From an uncultured Eubacteriales bacterium (GTDB lineage: Bacteria > Bacillota > Clostridia > Oscillospirales > CAG-272): 64,000 bases of DNA. Below, one piece after another: positions 47,077 through 59,380 of this stretch. Numbering within the stretch: the first letter of the stretch is position 1; every line of letters begins with the position of its first letter. Location: positions 16,122 to 80,121 of the forward strand of contig CAKRSS010000003.1 in the NCBI GenBank assembly GCA_934401725.1, written 5' to 3'. A program made the position numbers and the translations under genes. The notes under the pieces are model-generated. The model saw only the letters and a list, made by a program, of their open reading frames with translations, was not told the origin of the DNA and did no database searches.

Positions 47077-48492
47077 ATGGGAAAATACTTTGGAACCGAC
47101 GGCTTCAGAGGAGAATCAAATGTTGTACTGACGGTAAACCATGCATGGAAAATAGGGCGTTTTATCGGCTGGTACTACACCGAGCTCAACAACCGTCCAG
47201 CGCGAATCGTCATCGGAAAGGACACCCGCCGCTCGAGCTACATGTTCGAGTACGCAATCGCCGCGGGCATCGCGGCGTCGGGCGCGGATGCCTACCTGCT
47301 CCACGTCACGACGACGCCCAGCGTGTCCTACGTCACACGCACCGAGCGCTTTGACTGCGGCGTCATGATCTCGGCGTCGCACAACCCCTACTACGACAAT
47401 GGAATAAAGCTGGTCGACTGCGGCGGCGTCAAAATGGACGACGAAACGCTGCGCAAAATCGAGCTGTACATAGACGGCGACCTGCGCGCGCTCGGCATCG
47501 ACGGCGACGACCTCCCGCTCGCCCACCGCGACGCCATCGGCCGCAGCATCGACTACGCCGCCGGGCGCAACCGCTACATCGGCTACCTCATCTCGCTGGC
47601 CTCCGAGTCGTTCAAGGACTACCGCATAGGCCTCGACTGCGCCAACGGCAGCGCGTGGATGATAGCGCGCAGCGTTTTTGAGGCGCTGGGAGCCAAAACT
47701 TACGTCATAAACGCCGAGCCGGACGGTCTCAACATCAACCGCGAGGCGGGTTCCACGCACATCGACGGACTGCGCCGCTTCGTCGTCGAGAACGGACTTG
47801 ACGCCGGCTTCGCCTACGACGGCGACGCCGACCGCTGTATCGCCGTAGACGAGCACGGAAACGAGGTCAACGGCGACCACATCATCTACATTTTCGGCAA
47901 GGCGCTGCACGACGCGGGTCGCCTGCCGAACAATAAGGTCGTGACGACCGTCATGTCCAACATGGGGCTGTACCGCGCGCTACGTGAGGCGGGCATCGAG
48001 TACGAGCAGACGACGGTCGGCGACAAATACGTATACGAAAACATGACGCAGAACGGCCACGTCGTCGGCGGCGAGCAGTCGGGGCACGTCATTCTCAGCA
48101 AGTACGCTACGACCGGCGACGGCATATTGACCTCAATCAAGCTCATGGAGACCGTCGTCAAAAAGAAGACGACGCTCGGCAAGCTGGCCGCACCCGTCGT
48201 GATATTTCCGCAGGTGACGGAAAACATCCGCGTCATCGACAAAAAGAAGGTGACAGGTGACGCGCGCATACGTGCCGCGGTCGACGAGGTTGCCGCAGAG
48301 CTCGGCGAGGGCGGCCGCATACTGCTGCGCGAGAGCGGCACGGAGCCGGTGGTTCGCGTCATGGTCGAGGCGGAGAGCGAGGCCGAATGCAGGGCATGCA
48401 CCTCGCGCATAGCAGACCTTATTCGCAGCCTCGGACTTGACAGGTGCACAGAGGCATCACCACGCAATTGCACCATCGGAATTACGCGGTGA
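47077..48492 (+). CDS. glmM: Phosphoglucosamine mutase (the last ~16 codons and the stop are supplied by a repeat element)
   Basis: The sequence contains YFGTDGFRG, the active-site SASHNPYYDNGIK, GDADR, GGEQSGH and RESGTEPVVRVMVEA. Confidence 0.93.
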   Translation: MGKYFGTDGFRGESNVVLTVNHAWKIGRFIGWYYTELNNRPARIVIGKDTRRSSYMFEYAIAAGIAASGADAYLLHVTTTPSVSYVTRTERFDCGVMISASHNPYYDNGIKLVDCGGVKMDDETLRKIELYIDGDLRALGIDGDDLPLAHRDAIGRSIDYAAGRNRYIGYLISLASESFKDYRIGLDCANGSAWMIARSVFEALGAKTYVINAEPDGLNINREAGSTHIDGLRRFVVENGLDAGFAYDGDADRCIAVDEHGNEVNGDHIIYIFGKALHDAGRLPNNKVVTTVMSNMGLYRALREAGIEYEQTTVGDKYVYENMTQNGHVVGGEQSGHVILSKYATTGDGILTSIKLMETVVKKKTTLGKLAAPVVIFPQVTENIRVIDKKKVTGDARIRAAVDEVAAELGEGGRILLRESGTEPVVRVMVEAESEAECRACTSRIADLIRSLGLDRCTEASPRNCTIGITR

Positions 48493-48501
48493 AGCCCTAA
48501 A
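48450..48501. repeat. Family-2 short hairpin element overlapping the glmM 3' end
   Basis: The sequence is agaggcatcaccacgcaattgcaccatcggaattacgcggtgaagccctaaa. The glmM stop codon TGA (48490-48492) lies in the right arm. Confidence 0.85.
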
Positions 48502-48564
48502 AAAATTGTCAAAGCCTGTTGCAAAAACGGTGCAAAAGTGATATACTTAATAGGGCACAGAAAG

Positions 48565-48588
48565 CGGGTCCCAACGGGACCCGTTTTT
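48565..48588 (+). terminator. Rho-independent terminator downstream of glmM
   Basis: The hairpin cgggtcccaacgggacccg has an 8-bp stem and is followed by TTTTT. Confidence 0.8.
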
Positions 48589-48590
48589 AT

Positions 48591-48639
48591 GGTGTCGCTG
48601 CGCAATTGCGCCTTCGGAATTGCGCGGTGACACCTTGAA
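48591..48639. repeat. Family-2 short hairpin element (divergent copy)
   Basis: The sequence is ggtgtcgctgcgcaattgcgccttcggaattgcgcggtgacaccttgaa. Confidence 0.7.
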
Positions 48640-48686
48640 TGCTCTGATAAGACTTTTTGTAACGAGAGAGAGTAGGTTTACCTTTT

Positions 48687-50171
48687 ATGAACAAAATCGG
48701 CTTTGACAATGACCTGTATATAAAATTGCAGTCCGAGAAAATCCGTGAGCGCATCGACCATTTCGGCGGCAAGCTGTACCTTGAATTCGGCGGCAAGCTG
48801 TTTGACGACTACCACGCCTCCCGCGTGCTCCCCGGCTTCGCGCCTGACAGCAAGGTTCGTATGCTGCTCGAGCTGCGTGACTCGGCTGAGATTGTCATTG
48901 CCATAAGCGCGGATGACATTGAGAAAAACAAGCGCCGCGGCGACCTCGGCATCACGTACGACCTCGACGTGCTCCGCCTCATCGACGCCTTCCGCGGCAT
49001 CGGACTCTACGTCGGCAGCGTCGTGCTGACGCACTACCGCGCACAGCATCACGCCGAGCAGTTTGAGAAGAAGCTCAAGGCGCTGGGCATCAGCGTCTAC
49101 CGCCACTACCCCATTCAAGACTACCCCTACAACATCCCTCTCATCGTAAGCGACGAAGGCTACGGCAAAAATGATTATATAGAGACCTCGCGCTCGCTGG
49201 TCGTCGTCACGGCGCCCGGCCCCGGCAGCGGCAAGATGGCAACCTGCCTCTCGCAGCTGTATCACGAGCAGAAGCGCGGCGTCGCGGCGGGATACGCCAA
49301 GTTTGAGACCTTCCCCATTTGGAATCTGCCGCTCAAGCACCCCGTGAACCTCGCCTACGAGGCCGCGACCGCCGACCTCGACGACATCAACATGATCGAT
49401 CCCTTCCATCTCGAGGCGTACGGCGAGACCACCGTCAACTACAACCGCGACATTGAGATATTCCCCGTTCTGCGGGCAATGCTCAACAAAATATACAACT
49501 CCTGCCCCTACAAGAGCCCGACAGATATGGGCGTCAACATGGCCGGCTACGCCATAATCGACGACGAGGTCTGCCGCGAGGCGTCCAAGCAGGAGATAGT
49601 CCGCCGCTACTACGCCACCTGCTGCAGCCAGCGCCAGAGTCTGGCCGAGGCGGCTGAGGTGTACAAGCAGGAGATGCTCATGAACTCGCTCTGCATCGGG
49701 CCGGACATCCGTCACTCGGTCGCCACCGCACTGGCCACCTCAAAGCGCACCGAGGGCCCGGCTGTCGCCATCGAGCTGCCCGACGGACGCATGGTCACGG
49801 GCAAAACCTCTTCCCTGCTCGGCGCGTCGTCGGCGGCGCTGCTCAACGCGCTCAAGGTGCTCGGCGGCATCAACGACAAGATTCACCTCATCTCTCCCAA
49901 CATCATCGAACCCATACAGAAGCTCAAAATCAAAAATATGGGCAACCACAACCCGCGTCTGCACATGGACGAGGTGCTCATCGCGCTGTCCATCTGCGCC
50001 GTCACCGACCCCACCGCCGCGCTCGCAATGGAACAGCTTGAAAAGCTGCGCGGAGCCGAGGCGCATTCAACGGTCATTCTGTCGGGCGTGGACTCCGGCG
50101 TCTTCAAAAAGCTGGGAATCAACCTCACCTGCGAGCCTGTATACCAGACGAAGAAATTGTATCACAGATAA
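48687..50171 (+). CDS. DUF1846 (UPF0371) family protein
   Basis: The N-terminus GFDNDLYIKLQSEKIRERIDHFGGKLYLEFGGKLFDDYHASRVLPGF is characteristic of this ~495-aa family. Confidence 0.85.
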   Translation: MNKIGFDNDLYIKLQSEKIRERIDHFGGKLYLEFGGKLFDDYHASRVLPGFAPDSKVRMLLELRDSAEIVIAISADDIEKNKRRGDLGITYDLDVLRLIDAFRGIGLYVGSVVLTHYRAQHHAEQFEKKLKALGISVYRHYPIQDYPYNIPLIVSDEGYGKNDYIETSRSLVVVTAPGPGSGKMATCLSQLYHEQKRGVAAGYAKFETFPIWNLPLKHPVNLAYEAATADLDDINMIDPFHLEAYGETTVNYNRDIEIFPVLRAMLNKIYNSCPYKSPTDMGVNMAGYAIIDDEVCREASKQEIVRRYYATCCSQRQSLAEAAEVYKQEMLMNSLCIGPDIRHSVATALATSKRTEGPAVAIELPDGRMVTGKTSSLLGASSAALLNALKVLGGINDKIHLISPNIIEPIQKLKIKNMGNHNPRLHMDEVLIALSICAVTDPTAALAMEQLEKLRGAEAHSTVILSGVDSGVFKKLGINLTCEPVYQTKKLYHR

Positions 50172-50191
50172 GCGGCTCTGCCGCGAAAGTA

Positions 50192-50234
50192 AAAACGGCG
50201 CTTTCGTCTGCGGGCGAAGCGCCGTTTTGATTTT
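50192..50234 (+). terminator. Rho-independent terminator
   Basis: The sequence is aaaacggcgctttcgtctgcgggcgaagcgccgttttgatttt. Confidence 0.8.
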
Positions 50235-50340
50235 CGGGGCGTGTGTTTTTGGGATTATTCGAGGCCTTTAATGTATTTTTAAGGTTGGCTGTGTATAATA
50301 CGAGCATGGGGCGGTGTCGCCGCCCGTTCGGAGGTTTTAT

Positions 50341-52439
<2,099 letters not shown>

Positions 52440-52452
52440 ATCAGAGGTTTTT

Positions 52453-53685
52453 ATGGACAAACTCAAAGTCGGAATCATCGGCGTGGGCAACATGGGCTCG
52501 GCGCACGCAAAAAACATATACGAGGACCGCGTAGAGCACATGACGCTCGCCGCGCTGTGCGACATCGACGCCGAAAAGCGTCGCCGCTGCGCCGAATTCT
52601 GGCCGGACGTCCCGGTGTTTGAGGACGCGGGCTCCCTGCTCGCCTCGGGGCTCGTCGACGCCGTCATAATCGCGACGCCGCACTATTTTCACCCACCCCT
52701 CGCCGTCGACGCCTTCCGCGCAGGCTGTCACGTACTGACGGAAAAGCCCGCCGGCGTGGCGCTGAGCGCCGCCCGCCGCATGGTCGACGCCGCGCGGGCA
52801 TCGGGACGCGTGTTCGGTATAATGTTCAATCAGCGCACCGACCCGCTGTTCGCGCGGGCGCGCGAGATGGTCGCGAGCGGCGAGCTCGGCCAGCCCAAGC
52901 GCCTGACATGGATAATCACCAACTGGTACCGCACGCAGCATTATTACAACTCGGGTTCGTGGCGCGCGACGTGGGCCGGCGAGGGCGGCGGCGTGCTGCT
53001 CAACCAGGCGCCGCACAATCTCGACATCTGGCAGTGGATTTTCGGTATGCCCGAGAGCGTCCGCGCGTTTTGCAGCGTGGGACGCTACCACCACATCGAG
53101 GTCGAGGACGAGGCCACCATCTACGCGCGCTACGCCAACGGCGCGTCGGCTACATTCATCACCTCGACGGGCGAATTCCCCGGCACAAACCGGCTGGAAA
53201 TAGTCGGCGACCGCGCAAAGCTGGTGCTCGAGGGCGGCAAGCTGTGCCGCTGGCGTCTCGAGCGGCCGGAGCGCGAGTTCTGTTTTGTCTCGGAGCGCAA
53301 TTTCGACAAGATTCCCATGCAGTACGACGAATTCGTCCCCGAGTGCAAGGGTGCGGGGCACGTCGGCATACTCGAAAACTTTGCCCGCGGCGTGCTGTAC
53401 GGCGAGCCTTTGCTCGCCCCAGGCGAGGACGGCCTGTGCGAGCTGGCACTGTCAAACGCGGCGTACCTGTCGTCGTGGCTTGACCGCGAGGTCACGCTGC
53501 CCCCCGACACCGACGCATTCGACGCCGAGCTTGCCGCGCGCATCGCGGCATCGGAAGCGGAACACGCGGACATCGTCGGTAAGGATGATAAAAGCAGCGA
53601 CGCCGGGAAAGCCGGACAGGCAGCCGAACGGATCGAGCCGATCTCCCCCGCCGATTACAGCGAGCGCTGGCACGTAAACTGGTGA
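52453..53685 (+). CDS. Gfo/Idh/MocA family oxidoreductase
   Basis: The N-terminal Rossmann motif is KVGIIGVGNMGSAHA, followed by EKP. Confidence 0.85.
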   Translation: MDKLKVGIIGVGNMGSAHAKNIYEDRVEHMTLAALCDIDAEKRRRCAEFWPDVPVFEDAGSLLASGLVDAVIIATPHYFHPPLAVDAFRAGCHVLTEKPAGVALSAARRMVDAARASGRVFGIMFNQRTDPLFARAREMVASGELGQPKRLTWIITNWYRTQHYYNSGSWRATWAGEGGGVLLNQAPHNLDIWQWIFGMPESVRAFCSVGRYHHIEVEDEATIYARYANGASATFITSTGEFPGTNRLEIVGDRAKLVLEGGKLCRWRLERPEREFCFVSERNFDKIPMQYDEFVPECKGAGHVGILENFARGVLYGEPLLAPGEDGLCELALSNAAYLSSWLDREVTLPPDTDAFDAELAARIAASEAEHADIVGKDDKSSDAGKAGQAAERIEPISPADYSERWHVNW

Positions 53686-53866
53686 GCGGCGCGCCACAAA
53701 TTCCGCCGAACAGCTCAATAAAACAAAAAGCATGTGCCCGCCGAGATCAGCGGGCGCATGTCGTAATTTCAAAACCACGCCCGCCGGAATCCGGCGACGC
53801 GCGCCATAATTTCAAAGCCCCGCCCCGCCGAAAATTCGGCGGGGCGGGGCTATCTGTTCTGAAAAA

Positions 53867-54931
53867 TCAGACTATCTTATCCTCAAAATCAACCGGCGCG
53901 CGGCGGCGGTCGGACTCGAATGCCGCCTCCATGACGCGCATGACGCGCATCATCTGCTCGTGCGTCACGATCTGCTTTTCACGACCGTCGATGGCCGCGC
54001 AGACGTTGCGATAGAAATCGTGGACATCCGAATCGGGACGGTGCACAACACTCTCGGTGATGGTCTTTTCGTCGCGGGGAGCCATGGTCTTGGTCAGACC
54101 GGCAGCCGTCACAACGGGAACGACGTCCTTCTCATCCCAGTTCTTGCAGCAGACGACGCGGCAATCCTCGCGCCAGTCGTTGACCATGGCCGAGCCATTG
54201 GTTCCGGTCATATAGAAGCGGGGCATGGAGATGAAGTTGCTCGTCCCGACCTCGATAAGCGCGACAAGTCCCTGCTCAAAATACAATTCCATGCGGAAAC
54301 CGTCGTCAACTTCGTAATTTGTGATGTGGTTGCAGCGGCAGTAAACCGACTCGATCTTGCGGTCGGTGACGATGCCCAGCATCTGGTCGATGAGGTGCAC
54401 GCCCCAGTCAAGAATCATTCCGCCGCCGTGCTCAGTCTTGCCGCGCCAGTCGCCGGGAATGCCGCGCGAGCCGTGTATGCGGGACTCGACCGCAGTCACA
54501 TCTCCCAGCTCGCCCGACGCGTAGACCTGCTTCATCATGAGGTAATCGCAGTCCCAGCGGCGGTTCTGGTGGACGGTGAACAGCTTGTTGTAGCGGTGCG
54601 AGGCGTCGATCATCTCCTGAAGATCGGTACTCGACACCGTGACGGGCTTCTCCGAAATGACATTCTTGCCCGCCGCCATGCACTGAATGGCCAGCGGCTT
54701 GTGCAGATCGTTCGGGACGGCGATAGTCACCAGCTCGACAGACTTGTCCCGGAGCAGCTCCTCGAGCGAATCGTAGGCATAAATGCCGTTCTCGCGTGCA
54801 AGAGCGGCGCGCTCCGGCTTTATATCGTATATACCGGCCAGCTCGCACACGTCGCTCTTCAGCAGATACCGCGTATGCCAGCCGCCCATTCCGCCGTAAC
54901 CGATTACGGCAACTCTCTTTTTTGTACTCAT
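53867..54931 (-). CDS. Gfo/Idh/MocA family oxidoreductase
   Basis: The N-terminus is RVAVIGYGGMGGWH, followed by SEKP. Confidence 0.85.
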   Translation of the reverse strand: MSTKKRVAVIGYGGMGGWHTRYLLKSDVCELAGIYDIKPERAALARENGIYAYDSLEELLRDKSVELVTIAVPNDLHKPLAIQCMAAGKNVISEKPVTVSSTDLQEMIDASHRYNKLFTVHQNRRWDCDYLMMKQVYASGELGDVTAVESRIHGSRGIPGDWRGKTEHGGGMILDWGVHLIDQMLGIVTDRKIESVYCRCNHITNYEVDDGFRMELYFEQGLVALIEVGTSNFISMPRFYMTGTNGSAMVNDWREDCRVVCCKNWDEKDVVPVVTAAGLTKTMAPRDEKTITESVVHRPDSDVHDFYRNVCAAIDGREKQIVTHEQMMRVMRVMEAAFESDRRRAPVDFEDKIV

Positions 54932-55051
54932 AGTTGAACCTCCTCATCTGACAGAAGTAACCTGTTTTCTGTGTTCAAGCATATTATATGACAATAGTTG
55001 TCCGATTGCAAGTCACAAATAGGCATTTATCGGACAAAAATTGTCATCACG

Positions 55052-55104
55052 CATAAAACAAGACCTCCGCTGCGGCTTGTGCGCCGCCCATCGGAGGTCT
55101 TTTT
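55052..55104 (-). terminator. Hairpin terminator immediately downstream of the cps operon
   Basis: The arms aagacctccg and cggaggtctt form a 10-bp stem around a structured loop. T-rich sequence lies on both sides. Confidence 0.55.
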
Positions 55105-55108
55105 ACGA

Positions 55109-55831
55109 TCAGTCGTTTTTCTTTTCGGTCTTGTCTGCGGGCTTTGCGCCGTAGCCGTAACCGTAGTTTCCGTTGCTGTAATAGCGTCTGTAATATCTGT
55201 CGCTCTTGCGCGTGACTTGGTTGAGCACCACACCGAGAATGCGGCAACCGGACTTCTGAAGCTGAGTCTTGACGTTTTCAACCATCTTGTAAGACACCAT
55301 GTCCGCGCCGATAACTATCACCGAGCTGTCGCAGGCCGCCGAAATGACCGCGCCGTCGATAACCATGCCGACCGGCGGGGTATCGATGAAAATGTAGTCA
55401 TAATTGGCCTTCTCGCGCTCGAGGAACTCGCGGAACAGTTTGCTTCCGAGCAGCTCGACAGGGTTCGGCGGGAACTTGCCCGCGAATATCAGGTCAAACC
55501 CGGCGTCGGTGGAAAACTTCACGTCTTCAATACCGGCCTGAGCCGACAACAGTTGCGAGAGTCCCACTACGTTCTTCTCGTCGGTATACCGGCTGACCGC
55601 CACCGACTGGCGCATATCTGCGTCGACAAGCAGTATCTTCTTGCCGTTCTCTGCGAACGACTTTGCGAGCTCAATGCAGATGGTGGTCTTACCCTCGTGC
55701 GCCTCGCAGCTCGTGAAGGCGATGACCTTGACGTCCGCGCCGCAGAACTGGATGTTCGTTCTCAGCGTTTTGTAGGCCTCGCTTATAAAATATTCGTCTC
55801 CGAATTCGTATTTCAGCTTGATCTGTCTCAT
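55109..55831 (-). CDS. CpsD/CapB-family tyrosine-protein kinase (BY-kinase)
   Basis: Walker A is SCEAHEGKTT, Walker A' is ILLVDADMRQ and Walker B is YIFIDTPP. The C-terminal tail is Y-rich (RYYRRYYSNGNYGYGYG). Confidence 0.9.
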   Translation of the reverse strand: MRQIKLKYEFGDEYFISEAYKTLRTNIQFCGADVKVIAFTSCEAHEGKTTICIELAKSFAENGKKILLVDADMRQSVAVSRYTDEKNVVGLSQLLSAQAGIEDVKFSTDAGFDLIFAGKFPPNPVELLGSKLFREFLEREKANYDYIFIDTPPVGMVIDGAVISAACDSSVIVIGADMVSYKMVENVKTQLQKSGCRILGVVLNQVTRKSDRYYRRYYSNGNYGYGYGAKPADKTEKKND

Positions 55832-56634
55832 TTGTTATCGCTCCCTTCGGTCTTCCCGGCAGAGGTGTGATGGCCATAGCCGTAGTGCCCGTGCCGTCCC
55901 TTGCCGTATCTTCCGTACTTGGAGCCGGGGGTGTCCAGCGCGTTGGGTATGAGGCCGAGCACGGACAGACCGAGGTACTTCTCAACGTCGTCCGGCGAGC
56001 CGATCTTGTCGTCAAACATGAATATCACAAGGTACACGCCGTACACCACAACCGCGGCTGCAAGCGCGCCGACGTAGCACATAACACCTATCATAGGGTT
56101 GGAGGGCGTCTCCTTGAAGGTTCCCTGGTCGACCTGGTTTACCTGGTTGATACCCATAATATCGACTATGCTCTTTCTTCCGACCTCGCACAGCTTGTCG
56201 ACGATTATCTTGGCGTCTGACGGCGTGGGGGCCGTGACGGAAATCTCGAGGTAACGCGTGTCCGTCGGGTTGTTGACGCTTATCATTTTGCTCAGGCGCT
56301 CGTAAGAAATGTCCATGCCGAGGTCCGCTATAACGACGTCAAGCACCTTGTGGCTCTTGAGCAGGATGGTGCAGTCCTTGACGGTGTTGAGCGCCAGATT
56401 GAAGTCCGAGCTTGACGGCGAGGTCGCGCTGCCAGTCATCGAGTCGCTCTGACGAATAATATACACCGTAGCCGTTGACGTATACACCGGCTTATAAGTA
56501 AAGACCGAGTAGCCCACAAGCACCGCCAGCACCAACAGTCCCGCAAGGACTATCTGCCAGACGTGGCTTATGAACACCTCCCACAAATCCGCAATTGAAA
56601 TACTGCCTCTGGTCTCGTTTTGTTCCATATTCAA
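55828..56634 (-). CDS. Polysaccharide chain-length determinant / BY-kinase transmembrane modulator (CpsC/Wzz-like)
   Basis: The N-terminal TM helix follows DLWEVFISHVWQI. A periplasmic-type domain and a C-terminal TM helix follow. The gene overlaps the kinase gene by 4 nt. Confidence 0.85.
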   Translation of the reverse strand: MNMEQNETRGSISIADLWEVFISHVWQIVLAGLLVLAVLVGYSVFTYKPVYTSTATVYIIRQSDSMTGSATSPSSSDFNLALNTVKDCTILLKSHKVLDVVIADLGMDISYERLSKMISVNNPTDTRYLEISVTAPTPSDAKIIVDKLCEVGRKSIVDIMGINQVNQVDQGTFKETPSNPMIGVMCYVGALAAAVVVYGVYLVIFMFDDKIGSPDDVEKYLGLSVLGLIPNALDTPGSKYGRYGKGRHGHYGYGHHTSAGKTEGSDNK

Positions 56635-56640
56635 CCTCTC

Positions 56641-57360
56641 TTAATTGATACCGATCATAGCGGCCGGATTTTCGCACAGCAGTGCGCGCGCATAGTCCTC
56701 GCCGCACATGTCGGTGAGCACCTGCCAGCACTCGTTGAGTGCCGGGTGGCGCAGACCCGTGCTATGGGCGTCCGACGCCACAATGTCGGGAATACACCGA
56801 CGCAACAGCTTGGCGGTCTTGTTTTGGAGCTTGCGCCCCCAACCACCGCACAGCGAGGTGGAGTTTATCTGAATCACGACGCCCATATCCCGGAGCTGTT
56901 CCAGCTCGCGGAACGGCGGCTTCACGGCGTCATACCGCTCGACGTGCGCGTAAACGGGAATGTACCCTGCCCCGAGCAGCTCGACAAGCGCCCGCTTCAT
57001 CTCGGCCATGGACGCGCCAAAGTCGAAATCCACCAGCACATGCCGTGTGCCGTTAAGCGTGCGGCAGCGCCCGTCGTTTATGCTGTCGATACAGCCGTAG
57101 TGGTAATACAGCTCGTTGCCGAGCACAAGGCGCATGTCGGGATGTTTGTCCCGCACATAAGCGCACAGTTCGTCGAACGCACGCGCCCCGCGCTCCCGGT
57201 TGTCGCCGAAAAGCATGGGATTGAAGTGCGGGGTCAGACAAATGCAACGGGTTCCGCCCGCATAGGCAGCCTCAAGCATATCGAACATCACCGCGTCGTC
57301 TCGGGCGCCGTCGTCGGTTCCGGACAACATATGGCAGTGAATATCCGTAAATCCGGGCAT
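56641..57360 (-). CDS. PHP-domain tyrosine-protein phosphatase (CpsB/YwqE-like)
   Basis: The sequence contains FTDIHCHMLSGTDDGA, LTPHF and ASDAHS. An AAGGAGG RBS lies 8 nt before the ATG at 57360. The ORF-track start at 57381 is a TTG that would read through the RBS. Confidence 0.88.
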   Translation of the reverse strand: MPGFTDIHCHMLSGTDDGARDDAVMFDMLEAAYAGGTRCICLTPHFNPMLFGDNRERGARAFDELCAYVRDKHPDMRLVLGNELYYHYGCIDSINDGRCRTLNGTRHVLVDFDFGASMAEMKRALVELLGAGYIPVYAHVERYDAVKPPFRELEQLRDMGVVIQINSTSLCGGWGRKLQNKTAKLLRRCIPDIVASDAHSTGLRHPALNECWQVLTDMCGEDYARALLCENPAAMIGIN

Positions 57361-57508
57361 ATCCCAGACCTCCTTCGACAAAATCCGTGTGCACCACCCG
57401 CAGGCGCGGTATCATTACACTCCGCTTCACGGAGAAAGTCATAATTCAACACATTATAGATTATATCACCGCGGCATCACTATGTCAACATAAATTCGAA
57501 TATTTGTT

Positions 57509-59380
57509 TCAGGCTTTTGCCGCGATGGGCTTCGGTGTCTCGACTTCGTTGTACGTCGGAACAAGCTCGTGTATGTAATGACGTATATCCGCGCTGTCGT
57601 CGGCCATTACCGAGTGCAGCTCGTCGAGCAGCTCGAACAGGCGGTTCTCGTCAAACTCGATGGGCTTGCCTATGAAAATCAGCTTGTTTGCGGTGGCGGT
57701 AAGTCCCTCCTCCGCCATGAGCATCTCCTCGTACATTTTCTCACCCGGACGCAGGCCGGTGTACTCAATCTTGATGTCGACGCCGGGCTTGTAGCCGGAA
57801 AGCCTTATGAGGTTCTCCGCCAGCGTTGCGATTTTGACGGGCTTGCCCATGTCCAGCACGAAAATCTCGCCGCCGCTGGCGTCGACGCCCGCCTCAAGCA
57901 CAAGCGAAACAGCCTCGGGAATGGTCATGAAGTAGCGGATTATGTTCTTATCCGTAACCGTGACAGGGCCGCCCTCGGCGATCTGACGCTTGAACAGCGG
58001 AATTACGCTGCCGTTCGAGCCGAGCACGTTGCCGAAGCGGACGGCCACGAACTCCGTCTTTGAACGGCGGGCGTAGGTCTGCACTATCATCTCGCAGATG
58101 CGCTTGGTCGCGCCCATGACATTGGTGGGGTTGACGGCCTTGTCGGTCGAAATCATGATAAAGCGCTTTACCCCGAACTTATCCGCCGCGCGCACGACGT
58201 TGAGCGTGCCGAAAACGTTGTTCTTGACGGCCTCGTTGGGACTGTCCTCCATGAGCGGGACGTGCTTATGCGCCGCTGCGTGGTAGACCACGTCGGGATG
58301 GTACTGCTTGAACACGGACTCAAGTCTGTCGACGTCGCGCACCGACCCTATCAGCGTGACAAGGTCGAGATCCTTGAAGTGACGGCGCAGCTCGTTCTGT
58401 ATGTCATATGCGTTGTTCTCGTATATATCGAAGATTATCAGTCTTCCGACGCCGTACGACGCTATCTGACGGCACAGCTCGCTTCCGATGGAACCGCCGC
58501 CGCCCGTCACGAGCACGGTCTTGCCGGCGATGAAGTCCTTGACGTTCTGCTGGTCAAGCCTGACGGGTTCGCGCCCGAGCAGGTCCTCAACCTGAATGTC
58601 GCGGGTGTCCTTGACTCCAACCCGGCTGTCAAGCATTTTGTCGACGCTCGGCAGCATACGCACCTTGCAGCCGGTGCTGCTGCATATGTTGAGTATTTCT
58701 GTACGGCGCGCGACCGGGCAGGAGGGCACCGCGAAGATTATCATCGAAATATCGTACTTTTCGGCGTTCTTCATAATGGAATCGCTGTCTCCGGCGACGC
58801 GGATGCCGCGCACAAAGGTACCGACCTTCTCTTTGTCGTCGTCAATGAAGCAGGCCACGCGGTAGTCGCGCATTGCGGGGTTTTTGAATATATCCTGGCT
58901 CAGCATGCAACCCGCGTCTCCCGCGCCGATGATCATGATGTTCTTGACGTCGCCGCGATTCTCGGGCGCGTTCTGACGGCGGGTGTGAATTTTGAATATC
59001 ACCTTGTAGCAGCTGCGCAGAAGCATAAGCGCGCAGCACATAAACACCACCGAAGTCAGATATACGCTTATCGGAAAGCGGTTTTCGAAGAGCATGGGGT
59101 GAATCACGCACCAGGGCAGCGCCGACGCCACCACCTTCGCCTCAAACAACATACGGTCACGCGTTCCCGCAAACTGCCAGAGCACACGGTAGCCGCCGAG
59201 CAGCCACAGCATAAGCCCGAAAGTGACGCTCAGCAGCGGAATTCCCCAAAGATAGGCGCTCATATATCCGCCGAGCGCGTCGAAATCAAAATTGACTCCG
59301 AGCACCAGCGCCACCAGCACGACTGCGTTGACCGTGAATATATCGAGCGAATGCTTCATTACTTTTTTCAGAACATTCAT
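57509..59380 (-). CDS. CapD-like polysaccharide biosynthesis protein (membrane-anchored NDP-sugar 4,6-dehydratase/epimerase)
   Basis: There are four N-terminal TM helices. The sequence contains IIGAGDAGCML and VLVTGGGGSIGSELCRQI, with YHAAAHKHV. An AAGGAG RBS lies before the ATG at 59380. Confidence 0.88.
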   Translation of the reverse strand: MNVLKKVMKHSLDIFTVNAVVLVALVLGVNFDFDALGGYMSAYLWGIPLLSVTFGLMLWLLGGYRVLWQFAGTRDRMLFEAKVVASALPWCVIHPMLFENRFPISVYLTSVVFMCCALMLLRSCYKVIFKIHTRRQNAPENRGDVKNIMIIGAGDAGCMLSQDIFKNPAMRDYRVACFIDDDKEKVGTFVRGIRVAGDSDSIMKNAEKYDISMIIFAVPSCPVARRTEILNICSSTGCKVRMLPSVDKMLDSRVGVKDTRDIQVEDLLGREPVRLDQQNVKDFIAGKTVLVTGGGGSIGSELCRQIASYGVGRLIIFDIYENNAYDIQNELRRHFKDLDLVTLIGSVRDVDRLESVFKQYHPDVVYHAAAHKHVPLMEDSPNEAVKNNVFGTLNVVRAADKFGVKRFIMISTDKAVNPTNVMGATKRICEMIVQTYARRSKTEFVAVRFGNVLGSNGSVIPLFKRQIAEGGPVTVTDKNIIRYFMTIPEAVSLVLEAGVDASGGEIFVLDMGKPVKIATLAENLIRLSGYKPGVDIKIEYTGLRPGEKMYEEMLMAEEGLTATANKLIFIGKPIEFDENRLFELLDELHSVMADDSADIRHYIHELVPTYNEVETPKPIAAKA

